Assembly (NCBI GenBank): GCA_964016885.1 | Contig: OZ024751.1 | Span: 16,554,001-16,618,000, forward strand | Source of the DNA: Eledone cirrhosa | Lineage: Eukaryota | Length of the DNA: 64,000 nucleotides | Reading direction: 5' to 3' | Shown: in pieces, positions 13,146 through 25,345 of the stretch | How the letters are laid out: each line of letters opens with the position of its first letter | Numbering within the stretch: position 1 is the stretch's first letter | Position numbers and translations under genes: made by a program | Notes under the pieces: model-generated | The model's input: only the letters and a program-made list of their open reading frames with translations | Told to the model about the DNA's origin: nothing | The model's database searches: none

Positions 13146-16100
13146 TTACAGACACATACTCAGAGAAGGCCCATTCATTCGGGCCATACTTGCTTCTCTC
13201 ACCCATCTTTCAACAAAATGCTGGGAAGAGAGCACTTCCCTCTCTACCCTGATTTTCCTTTTCAAATGAAATTTGAAAAAGTTAATCAGGGCATCACCGA
13301 AGAGGTAAGTGCTCGTCTTCAGCCCTTTCAAACGTCTCCACCATACTATCTCTTTCGCCATGGCCACCAGACAGATAAAAACTTCCTGCCCTTCCAGGCT
13401 AAAGGAAGGGGGTGGGGCAATCCTCACGATGGACTCAGCTGATAGCTGGATCCGTCCTACACGTGACAGCAGGTGTTCGACATAAACCCACAAGTCAGCA
13501 ATGCTCGGACACTGGACGAGTGCGTGCAGGACGGTTTCGTCGCCCTGCGCGCATCTCGGACATGCCCGGCTGACGGCACCTCCATGCCTGTAGAGTTTAT
13601 CCCGAACTGGCAAAGCTCCTCGGTAGCACTGCCAGGCCAGGGATTTCTGGAAGTTGTCCATAGGCCCCGGCCCGAAAGTCCTTCCGAAGAGATTGGCTAG
13701 TTGATTTTCGTCGACGCCTAGAGTTTCTCCAAGTACGTCGTCGCTCTTCCCCTCCACTAATCCCCTATAGAACGCCAAGGTGGAGTTTCCACCGATCACA
13801 TTGCCCGATTGGTCGAGGGCTGTGAGCGCCTGAAGACATTCCAGTCTCCAAGCGCTCCCTCGCGGTCTTCGCTTGACCCAGGACTGCAGCTCCGTCAAGG
13901 AGACGAGCTGGGGAAAAACGTGTCTTGCAAACGGCGACCACACCTGATCACCGTCGAGGAAGAGGTGGAGATGTCGTAGCCTGAGCGCGTGTCTGCGCAT
14001 CATCAGCCACGGCATGCCCAGCCCTCCACGTAGCGGGTGTTGACAGCAGATGGACCGCCTGACCATCGGAGCGCGTCCCTTCCACAAGAAGCGAAAGAGC
14101 AAACGCTCCAGCGCAGTCAGGCGGGGCTTAGGACAAGGTACGACGGTCAGGCGGTAGTAGATGACGGATGCGATGTACGCATTCGCCACCTCCGCTCGAC
14201 CTTTTAGGGATAGCTTCCTCTCGGCCCATTTCTGGGTGAGAGAAGCCACCCTGCTCGTCACCTCGTCGACAGTTTTTGTCCGTCTGGAGGTCTGGACCGA
14301 ACCAGACTCCTAGCAATTTAACCGGTCCGTCCGTCCAGCGCCCGACGACGCTGTTGGACGGCATGGACCTGCCTCTCCAGGTGCCGAGCTGCAGGCCCAC
14401 TGACTTTTCCTGGTTGATCATTGCTCCTGTCACCGCTTCGTATTCTCTTAGTGTAGTGCCGATCGCCTCGATGTGTTTGGCGTTCGACACCACTACGGTG
14501 ACATTGTCGGCATATGCTGACACGGATCTTCCGCATCCTAGTTCGCGCGGGACCCCCCTCAACGTCTCCAGTTTGTGCAGTAATGGCTCGAGAGTCAATA
14601 CGTACAATAGGGACGAGAGGGGACATCCTTGGCGGACCGAGCGCATGATGTTGAACGGTTCCGAAAGGTGACCGTTCACTCTCACTACAGAGCAGATGTC
14701 GCTGTGCATGGCAGCGATCCAGCCTCTGAAGACGGGCCCAAAGCCAGCCGCCCTCAGGACTGCCGCTAGGTAACGATGGTCGACCCTATCGAAGGCTTTC
14801 GACTGATCTAAATTGATCAAAGACCCACCCGTGCCAGGTTCCCTAGCTACCCTCTCTACGATGTATCGCATGAGGTGGAGGTTGTCGTGGATGGATCTGT
14901 CGGGAATGGCGCATGTCTGTGCCTCTCCCACCAGACCACCAACGACAAGCGCCAACCTCTTTGCTAGCACCTTGGCCAAAATCTTGAACTCTGTGTTTAG
15001 CAGAGTTATGGGCCTAAAATTATCTATGTTATCCCCCTTGTTCGGATCCTTTCTCAGCAGCGCCACCGCTCCTCGGCTCACAGAGCTGGGAATTCTCCCG
15101 TTCTCTTGCCAGTTGCAGTAGACGTCCGCCAAGAGGCCTCCGAACAAGTTTGGCATTTGTACGTAAAGTTCATAGGGCAGACCATCCAAACAGGCGATTT
15201 GCCCCTTGTGCAACTAGTCATTGCATTCCGTACTCCAGCGGTTGTTATCGGCTTTTCGCAACACTCCGCCTCAGTGGCCGAAAGCCGCGGCAGTCCGTCG
15301 AGGTAGACACTAAAGTCCATCCCTCGATCCGGCCCGCCACTGCCCCCGAACAGTTGAGCGAAGTGTCGCTGAAAAGCTTCACACATTTGCCCGGGATCGA
15401 GTAGCATGCGCCCGTCGTGGTCCACCAAAGACCGGATCGTGGCTTTGTTGCCACGACGCGCCTCCGCCACTCGGGCCCATTCAACGGCTTTCGTCCCCTC
15501 GTGTCTGAGAGCACGCACCCTAGCTCTGACAACGCAGCCTTCGTGCTTTGCATTGAAGAATTGGTCAAGGGCCAATTTCGCCGCAAGTACGTCGGTCGCG
15601 ATGCCTTTGCTAAGCGCCTCATCTAATTTTCTAACTAATTCTCCCTCTGCTCTATTTTTCTCTATTGCTAAAGTCTTACTAAACCTAATGGACTCTATTC
15701 TAATTGCTCTTTTCAGAGCAAACCACCACTTGTTGTTGACGATGGCCCCCGTCAACGCCCGTTTAACTAGTTCGCTAATCCGGTCTCTGTAGGCCTTGCG
15801 CGCTGGTAAGGACGCGTTTAGCTTCCAGTAGCCGGGTCCTCGTCTATGAAGCCTATCTAAGTCAAGCACACAGATCACGAATTTGTGGTCCGTGTAGCTG
15901 ACTATCTTGAATTGTGGACAGCCTATGCTAGACCTATCTATTTCCCTACAAAATACTCTATCTAGATATGATCTGGATGACCCTATGCGATTTGTCCAAG
16001 TCCACATTGGTATATTCGGGAAATCCATTCGGTACCTGTCAGACAGTTCAAAACGTCTGAGCAGGTTGGTGAGACTCTTGCACCCTCCTTCCCTATCCAC

Positions 16101-16566
16101 TAATCCCACACAATCCCAGCGTGCATCTAAGATCCCGTTCCAGTCGCCCACTAACACTAAAGAGCGGGACGTTCCAAGAAAGGTCTCCAGACGCCGGAAG
16201 AAATCAGGCCGCCCTGCTCCTGTCGGGGCATAGACGGCCACTAACCTGAAAGCTTGCCCGTCTCCGCTGGTCACGTCCAGCACCACCAACTTACCTTCTG
16301 GGTCCAGGAAGATGGCCCGTATGGCAAGATCCAAACCTCTCCGAAAAAGCACAGCAACTCCTCCCCCCGATCCCGGACGGCTGGGAGATGCGTACACATC
16401 GTAGCCGCCGAAGATCGGTGCGAAAGCCTGTGCTTCGGAGATTCTGGTCTCGCTGATGGCCACTACATCTATGTTTAGTGACCTGAGGTCGTTGAGCAGG
16501 TGGCCCTGCTTCCATGACGACCCCAAGCCACGCGCATTTATGCTGCCTATTCTGAGTGAGGTTATG
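13146..16566 (-). pseudogene. Tx1 ORF2: AP endonuclease, reverse transcriptase and C-terminal Zn motif; two frameshifts
   Basis: SINARGL, ISETR, VYAP, GDWN, YLDR, TDH (APE); RPITLLN, DQSKAFDRV, RQGCPLS, YADN (RT); CPRC..ETVLHALVQCP; frameshifts near 15190 and 14265. Confidence 0.92.
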
Positions 16567-16599
16567 TTGAAAAGGAGTGGAAAAGATGGGAAAGACCAC

Positions 16600-18588
16600 T
16601 TACCTTACTTCTCGTAGGGGAAGGACGGCTTTTCCATCCTTTTCACTGCTTGTGGCCTCCTCAGGAAGGATGTCCTTATAAATCCTCCTGGAGAGTGCTT
16701 GTCGGAAGTCTCCGATGTCTTTGGGGAATTTTTGTTTTAGTGTCATGTACGTTTTCTGTGTGATGCGAGTGATTTGTATGTGTGGAGGTGGTTTGAATTT
16801 TGGGGTTGTTGTGTAGTCTTTTTCTGTGATGCTGGTGTTGTGTTGGATGTAGTGTAATAATTGCTTGTTGTTCAAATTTAATGCTGTGTAGTGTGTATCG
16901 TTTTGGTTGTTTTGTTTTGTTTGCGTTTGTTGTGGGTTTGTTTCTGTTTCGCTTTTTGGTGACTTTTGTGGTGTAGGTGATGGTGGTGCTGGGGATGATG
17001 ATGGTGATGGTGTTGGTGTTTGGGTTGATGGGGTTGGTGATGCTGGTGTGGATGGTGGCATATCTGTCGTAACTTTTTTGTTTCTTAGTTTATTTGTTTC
17101 CCTCTGTATTTTGTTTTTGGAGGGGGAAGGAAGAGAATTTTTTCTTTTTTGGTTTCTTTTTTTTTTTCCGGATATCGTTTCCCACTCCTCGTCGTCACAA
17201 TCTGTCTCCAGTTGTGATAGGCCGGGGAGTGGAAAATCCTCCACAGCCGTTAGTTTTGGTTGTGGTGTGGTGGATGGTGTAGGCGCTGGTGCTAGTTCTG
17301 AAGCGTTGGGTGGTGGTGGTGTTGGTTTTGCTGGTGGTGGTAGTGGTGTTGGTTTTGCTACTGTTGCTGGGGTTGTTGCTGTTATAGTTGCTTCTGTTGT
17401 TGCTGCTACAGTTGTTGCTGCCATCTCTGCTACTGGTGGTGTTGATGGTTTTGTCACTGGGGTGGGTAGGAGAGGTGGCCTCAACCTTTTAGCCTGAGGG
17501 CAGAAAGCCCTTAGGTGGGTTCCTTCACCACAAACGACACACCTAGGTCTTCTGCCCTCGACAATTACCGTGAGGTGGCTGCCGTCAGTGAGGTCTATTA
17601 CCTCTGGGATCTCCTCAATGCTTTTTTGGTCCGCTTGGATCAGGAGCTCCATCCCAGATCCGGACTAGTTTTCCTGCTTTTCTTTTGCTACTGCTATTAT
17701 TTTTGTGTTGGCTTCGATGCCGGTGAGGACAGCCGCTATTAGCCAGGGAATTTCGATGGCCGGTGGAACGTGGGTCACCCTGATCTTTACGAGTCTCTGG
17801 CCACAATAGCTTGGGACGAGTGTGAGGTCGTCACTTTTTAATGGGGCCATGGAGTGTTCTCTAGCCTCCTCTGGTGTTTCAAAGAACACATCCACGGTTC
17901 CATACTTTTGCCCACGTCTGATGTGGGTTTTTCTTGCCCACACATGTCCCAAAGCTTTTTGGATTTGGGACTCGGATGCCCGTTCCACTCGGCGCGATTT
18001 TACATTTATTGTTCTATACGACACGGTGCACAGGCGCCGATGCTCCATTTTATTAGGTGGGGGGGTGAGGCTGACCCTGTACCCATCTTTCTTTACCATT
18101 TGTTTGGCATTTTCTAAATCTTCTTGGGTTACCGTGAACGCTTCGAATTGTTTTGCTACGATGGCGAAACTGAGGGTCGGTTTTATAATGTCATTGTTGT
18201 TGTTGTTGCTATCGTTAATATTAATTTTATTTTCAGTCGTGGTGGTTGTGACGTCAGTCGTCTTTGGTGGGGAAGAGTCCATTTTGCTTGATTTCATTTC
18301 GACGTCACGAGTTAATTTATTTTTTTCTTCTTTTGTTTCTGTTGTCGCGGTGGTGGTGGTGGTGGTGGTGGTTGTCGCGGTGGTGGTGGTGGTGGAGGGT
18401 TTAACACCTGCAGTCATTGGTAATGGCGGGAAATGAATGTCTGCCTGAGACAAATTTAAAATATTGCTACTGCTTATATTTTTTTTTGTGTTGGCAAACG
18501 TAGTAACATTTACAATGGTGGTGTCGGTGTGAGGTGTTATTTTGTGAGAAAGGCTTTCAGCTGCTTCGTGCAGAGGGGAATTAGCCAT
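16600..18588 (-). pseudogene. Tx1 ORF1 (RRM-like region, CCHC zinc knuckle, Pro/Thr-rich tail) with one premature stop
   Basis: ORFs 18588-17665 and 17652-16600 are in the same frame, split by TAG where copy 2 has TGG; CVVCGEGTHLRAFC is C-x2-C-x4-H-x4-C. Confidence 0.85.
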
Positions 18589-18844
18589 TTTTTTTCAAAG
18601 AAATTTTTGGATAATAATAAAAGTTAAAATTTTGGGCACAAGGCCCCAATCTTTTTGGGTGTCCTTTTCGGAAAACAATGTATGTGTGCTTATAAACAGT
18701 TTACAATAAAATTTTCCATAAATGGCAATTTTTAAACAAACGGAAATAACAAACCTTTGCAGAGCTCACGATAATACGATTTCCTACGTAGGTCGCCAAT
18801 AATAATAATAATAATAATAATGCTCACTAATAATAATAATAATA

Positions 18845-19510
18845 AGCCCACTGTGCAGGATCTGTGGAGAGAGAGAGGAGACTGTGGCTCACATTGTGTC
18901 CGAGTGTAAACACCTAGCCCAGACCCACTATAAAAGCTGGAGACACGATGTGATGGGCAGGGTGATCCACTGGCACCTGTGCAAAGTAAACAATTTACCA
19001 CATTCTGAGAAATGGTATGAGCATAGGCCAGAGGCGGTGATGGAGAACAATCAGGTGAAGGTGCTGTGGGATTTTAGGATACAGACGGACAAAAAACTGG
19101 AACACAATAGACCTGACCTGGTGGTTGTGGACAAAGAAAAAAGATCGTGTCTGATTGTGGATGTGGCCTGCCCGTTCGACACGAGAGTGCAAGAGAAGGA
19201 GAGGGAGAAAATTAACCGATACCAGGACCTAAAGTGGGAGGTGAAAAGGATTTGGAACTGCCATGAAGTCAAAGTGATCCCGATTGTCATAGGCGCACTG
19301 GGGACTATCTCCAAAAGTTTCCAGGGATGGTTAAAGAAAATCGGCCCCTTCACGCTTTTTGGAACGCTTCAAAAGGCATGCTTGCTTGGAACAGCAAGAA
19401 CCCTCCGATACGTCCTGAATATCTGAGGCTGCAGGTAGTGGCTTGATATTCAATCCAACGGACTTTCCAGTTAACCAACATCAATGACTGAGATTCAAGG
19501 AATAACAACA
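18845..19510 (+). mobile_element. R4/Dong-clade RLE element, 5'-truncated copy 1 (CCHC, RLE, 3'UTR)
   Basis: CRICGEREETVAHIVSEC, RHD, RPDLVVVD..IVDVACP, IGALG; (AAT)n on both sides. Confidence 0.92.
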
Positions 19511-19704
19511 ATAATAATAATTACTCAGGAAGATTCTGTCAATATAAGTACATCACAAGTCTAAACACTAAAGATGCATGTGTGAGTATGTATGTTCTTC
19601 CTTGAACATGGCGGACCTTGTTGTCTCTTGAGGTCACTGGTTGTGACTTGGTGATAACTCGTATGAACATAAAGCAAGATAAATGCAACTGTAATAATAA
19701 TAAT

Positions 19705-19798
19705 AATTGTTTCTACTTTTTGGCACAAGGCCAGCAATTCACCAGTACATTACTGGTACTTTATTCTATCGACCCCGGAAGGATGAAAGGCAAAGTTA
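19705..19798 (-). mobile_element. SINE family 1, 3' fragment
   Basis: Reverse-complement tail next to (AAT)n, directly beside the 3' end of Tx1 copy 2. Confidence 0.75.
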
Positions 19799-19811
19799 TA
19801 TAAATAATAAT

Positions 19812-22800
19812 ACTTTCTTTATTAACCACAAGGGTTTACATACAGTAGACATTAAGGACAGTACAGGACAATACAGGGCGGTACAAATGGGCATTTCTGC
19901 GTGTAAAAAACAAGAAACAGAGGATGTAATAATAGAACAATGAAAGAAATTCACCAATAGGGGGGAGACTTCCGAGGGACATTGGTGGAGAAAGCCCAGT
20001 AAAAAGCCACAGTGAACCTGACCACCAGAGTAAGTGCCCTCTCCCAGTTTTCCACCTTTAATTTACAGACACATACTCAGAGTAGGCCCATTCACTCGGG
20101 CCATTCTTGCCCCTCTCACCCATCTTTCAACAAAATCCTGGGAAGAGAGCACTTCCCTTTCTACCCTGATTTTCCTTTTTAAATGAAATTTGAAAAAGTT
20201 AATCAGGGCATCACCGAAGAGGTAAGTGCTCGTCTTCAGCCCTTTCAAACGTCTCCACCATACTATCTCTTTCGCCATGGCCACCAGACAGATAAAAACT
20301 GCCCGCTCTTCCCGGCTAAAGGAAGAGGGCGGAACAATCCTCACGATGGACTCAGCTGATAGCTGGATCCGTCCCACACGCGACAGCAGGTGTTCGACAT
20401 AAACCCACAAGTCAGCAATGCTCGGACACTGGACGAGTGCGTGCAGGACGGTTTTGTCGACCTGCGCGCATCTCGGACATGCCCGGCTGACGGCACCTCC
20501 ATGCCTGTAGAGTTTATCCCGAACTGGCAAAGGTTCTAGGTAGCACTGCCAGGCCAGGGATTTCTGGAAGTTGTCCATAGGTCCCGGCCCGAAAGTTCTT
20601 CCGAAGAGATTGGCTAGTTGATTTTCGTCGACGCCTAGCGTTTCCCCAAGTACGTCGTCGCTCTTCCCCTCCACTAATCCTCTATAGAACGCCAAGGTGG
20701 ATTTTCCACCGATCACATTGCCCGATTGGTCGAGGGCTGTGAACGCCTGAAGACATTCCAGTCTCCAAGCGCTCCCTCTCGGTCATCGCTTGACCCAGGA
20801 CTGCAGCTCCGTCAAGGAGACGAGCTGTGGAAAGACGCGTCTAGCAAACGGAGACCACACCTGATCACCGTCGAGGAAGACTTGGAGATGTCGTAGCCTG
20901 AGCGCGTGTCTGCGCATCATCAGCCACGGCATTCCCAGCCCTCCACGTAGCTGGTGTTGACAGCAGATGGACCGCCTGACCATCGGAGCGCGTCCCTTCC
21001 ACAAAAAGCGAAAGAGCAAATGCTCCAGCGCAGTCAGGCGGGGCTTACGACAAGGTACGACGGTCAGGCGGTAGTAGATGACGGACGCGATATACGCGTT
21101 AGCCACCTCCGCTCGACCTTTCAGGGATAGCTTCCTCTCGGCCCATTTCTGGGTGAGAGAAGCCACCCTGATCGTCACCTCGTCCCAGTTTTTGTCCGTC
21201 TGGAGATCCAGATGAACCAGACCCCGAGCAATTTAACTGGTCCTTCCGTCCAGCGCCCGACGACGCTGTTGGACGGCATGGACCTCCCTCTCCAGGTGCC
21301 GAGCTGCAGGCCCACTGACTTTTCCTGGTTGATCATTGCTCCTGTCACCGCTTCGTATTCTCTTAGTGTAGTGCCGATCGCCTCGATGTGTTTGGCGTTC
21401 GACACCACTACGTTGACATCATCCGCATATGCTGACACGGATCTTCCGCATCCTAGTTCGCGCGGAACCCCCTCAACGTCTCCAGTTTGTGCAGTAATGG
21501 CTCGAGAGTCAATACGTACAAGAGGGACGAGAGGGGACATCCTTGGCGGACCGAGCGCATGATGTTGAACGGTTCTGAAAGGTGACCGTTCACTCTCACC
21601 ACAGAGCGGATGTCGCTGTGCATGGTAGCGACCCAGCCTCTGAAGACGGGCCCAAAGCCAGCTGCCCACAGGACTGCCGCTAGGTAACCATGGTCGACCC
21701 TATCGAAAGCTTTCGACTGATCTAAATTGATCAAGGACCCACCCGTGCCAGGTTCCATAGCTACCCTCTCTACGATGTATCGCATGAGGTGGAGGTTGTC
21801 GTGGATGGATCTGTCGGGAATGGCGCATGTCTGTGCCTCTCCCACCAGACCACCAACGACAAGCGCCAACCTCTTTGCTAGCACCTTGTCCAAAATCTTG
21901 AACTCTGTGTTTAGCAGAGTTATGGGCCTAACATTATCTATGTTACCCCCCTTGTTCGGATCCTTTCTCAGCACCGCCACAGCTCCTCGGCTCACAGAGC
22001 TGGGAATTCTCCCGTTCTGTTGCCAGTTGCAGTAGACGTCCGCCAAGAGGCTTCCGAACAAGTCTGGCATCTGTACGTAAAGTTCATAGGGCAGACCATC
22101 CAAACCAGGCGATTTACCCCTTGTGCAGCTAGTCATTGCCTCCCGTACTTCAGCAGCTGTTATCGGCTTTTCGCAACACTCCGCCTCAGTGGCCGAGAGC
22201 CGCGGCAGTCCGTCGACGTAGACACTAAAGCCATCCCTCGATCCGGCCCGCCGCTGCTCCCGAACAACTGAGTGAAGTGTCGCTGAAAAGCTTCACACAT
22301 TTGCCCGGGATCGAGTAACATGCCTCCCGTCGTGGTCCACCAAAGTCCGGATCGTGGCTTTGTTGCCACGATGCGCCTCCGCCACTCGGGCCCATTGATA
22401 GGATTTCGTTCACTCGTGTCTGAGAGCATGCACTCTAGCTCTGACAACGCAGCCTTCGTGCTTTGCATTGAAGAATTGGTCAAGGGCCAATTTCGCCGCA
22501 AGTACGTCGGTCGCGATGCCTTTGTTAAGCGCCTCGTCTAATTTTCTAACTAATTCTCCCTCTGCTCTATTTTTCTCTATTGCTAAAGCCTTACTAAACC
22601 TAAATTGCTCTTTTCAGAGCAAACCACCACTTGTTGTTGACGATGGCCCGCGTCAACGCCCGCTTAACTAGTTCGCTAATCCGGTCTCTGTAGGCCTTGA
22701 GCGCTGGTAAGGACGCGTTTAGCTTCCAGTAGCCGGGTCCTCGTCTATGAGCCCATCTAAGTCAAGCACACAGATCACGAATTTGTGGTCCGTGTAGCTG

Positions 22801-25273
22801 ACTATTTTGAATTGTGGACAGCCTATGCTAGACCTATCTATTTCTCTACAAAATACTCTATCTAGATATGATCTTGATGACCCTATGCGATTTGTCCAAG
22901 TCCACATTGGCACATTCGGGAAATCCAATCGGTACCTGTCAGACAGTTCAAAACGCCCGAGCAGGTTGGTGAGGCTCTTGCACCCTCCTCCCCTATCCGC
23001 TAATCCCACACAGTCCCAGCGTGCATCTAAGATCCCGTTCCAGTCGCCCACTAACACTAAAGATCGAGACGTTCCAAGAAAGGTCTCCACACGCCGGAAG
23101 AAATCAGGCCGCCCTGCTCCTGTCGGGGCATAGACGGCCACTAACCTGAAAGCTTGCCCGTCTCCGCTGGTCACGTCTAGCACCACCAACTTACCTTCTG
23201 GGTCCAGGAAGTTGGCCCGTATGGCGAGATCCAAACCTCTCCGAAAAAGCACAGCAACTCCTCCCCCCGATCCCGGACGGCTGGGAGAGGCGTACACATC
23301 GTAGCCGCCGAAGATCGGTGCGAAGGCCCGTGCTTCGGAGATTCTAGTCTCGCTGATGGCCACTACATCCTTTTAGTGACCTGAGGTCGTTGAGCAGGTG
23401 GCCCTGCTTCCATGACGACCCCAAACCACGCGCATTTATGCTGCCTATTCTGAGCGAGGTCATGTTGAAATGGAGTGGAAAAGATGGGAAAGACCACTTA
23501 CCTTACTTCTCGTAGAGGAAGGATGGTTTGTCCATCCTTTTCACTGCTTGTGGCCTCCTCCGGAAGGATGTCCTTATAAATCCTCCTGGAGAGTGTTTGT
23601 CAGAAGTCTCCGATGTCTTTGGGGAATTTTTGTTTTAGTGTCGTGTACGTTTTCTGTGTGATGCGAGTGATTTGTATGTGTGGAGATGGTGTGAACTTTT
23701 GGGTTGTTGTGTAGTCTTTTTCTGTGATGCTGGTGTTGTGTTGCATGTAGTTCAAATTTAATGCTGTGTAGTGTGTATCGTTTTGGTTGTTTTGTTTGCT
23801 GGCGTTTGTTGTGGGTTTGTTTCTGTTACGCTTTTTGGTGACTTTTGTGGTGTTGGTGATGGTGGTGTTGGGGTTAATGATGGTGATGGTGTTGGTGTTT
23901 GTGGTGATGGGATTGGTGATGCTGGTGTGGATGGTGGCATTTCTGTCTTAACTTTCTTGTTTGATAATTTATTTGTTTCCCTCTGTATTTTGTTTTTGGA
24001 GGGGGAGGGAAGAGAATTTTTTCTTTTTTGGTTTCTTTTTTTCTTTTTTCCTGATACCGTTTCCCACTCCTCGTCGTCACAATCTGTCTCCAGTTGCGAT
24101 AAACCGGGGAGTGGAAAATCCTCCACAGGCGTTGGTTTTGGTTGTGGCGTGGTGGATGGTGTAGGCGCTGGTGCTAGTTCTGGGGCGTTGGGTGGTGGTG
24201 GTGTTGCTTTTGCTACTGTTGCTGGGGTTGTTGCTGTTACAGTTGCTTGTTGTTGCTGCTACAGTTGTTGCTGCCATTTTTGCTGCTGGTGGTGTTGATG
24301 GTTGAGTCACTGGGGTGGGTAAGAAAGCCCTTAGGTCAGTTCCTTCACCACAAACGACACACCTACGTCTTCTGCCCTCGACGATTACGGTGAGGTGGCT
24401 GCCGTCAGTGAGATCTATTACCTCTGGGATCTCCTCAATGCTTTTATGGCCCGCTTGGATCAGGAGCTCCATCCCAGATCCGGACCAGTTCTCCTGCTTT
24501 TCTTTTGCTATTTCTATTATTTTGGTGTTGGCCTCGATGCCGGCGAGGACGGCAGCCATTAGCCAGGGAATTTCTTTCTTTACCATTCCTTTGGCTTCTT
24601 CTAATTCCCCCTGAGTTACCTGGATCGCTTCGCACGTTTTTGCTACTCTGGCAAAACTCAGGGTAGTTTTCATAATTTCATTGTTGCTGTCGTTATTATC
24701 GTTATTTTTGCTATTGTTAATTTTAGTTTCAGTTGTGGTGGTGGTGGCGTCACTGGTGTTCGGTGTGGAAGAGTTCATTTTGGTTGAATTCATTTCGATA
24801 TCACGAGTTAAATTATTATTTTTTTTGTTTCTGTTGTCGCTGTGGTGGTGGTGAGGGTGGTGGTTGTCGTGGTGGTGGTGGTGGTGGCTTTAACACCTGC
24901 AGTCATTGGTAATGGCGGAAATTGAATGTCTGCCTGAGACAAATTAAAAATATTGCTTATATTTTTTTTTTAGTGTTGGCAAACGTAATAATATTTACAA
25001 TGGTGGTGTCGGTGTGAGGTGTTAGTTTGTGAGAAAGGAGTGACTCTGAGCCAGCCACGATGTTTCAAAGAAAACATTTTTTGTTTGATAATTATAAAAG
25101 TTTAAATTTTGGGCTCAAGGCCCCAATCTTTTTGGATGTTCTTTTCAGATAACAATTTATGTGCACTTATATACAATTAACAATAACATTTTCCATGAAT
25201 GGCAATTTTGAACAACTGAAAATAACAAACCTTTGCGGAGCTCATGATGATACGATTTACTACGTAGGTCGCC
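19812..25273 (-). mobile_element. Near full-length Tx1/L1-clade LINE, copy 2 (many frameshifts, internal ORF1 deletion near 24575)
   Basis: Colinear with copy 1; RT YADDV; ORF2 ATG at 23463; same 5' and 3' ends; (AAT)n flanks. Confidence 0.93.

Positions 25274-25345
<72 letters not shown>

Larger units (their letters stand above)
12903..18797 (-). mobile_element. Near full-length Tx1/L1-clade LINE, copy 1, inserted in (AAT)n
   Basis: 5' end GGCGACCTACGTA shared with copy 2; ORF1 plus APE-RT ORF2; 3' end CCCTTGTGGTTAATAAAGAAAAC followed by (ATT)n. Confidence 0.93.
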
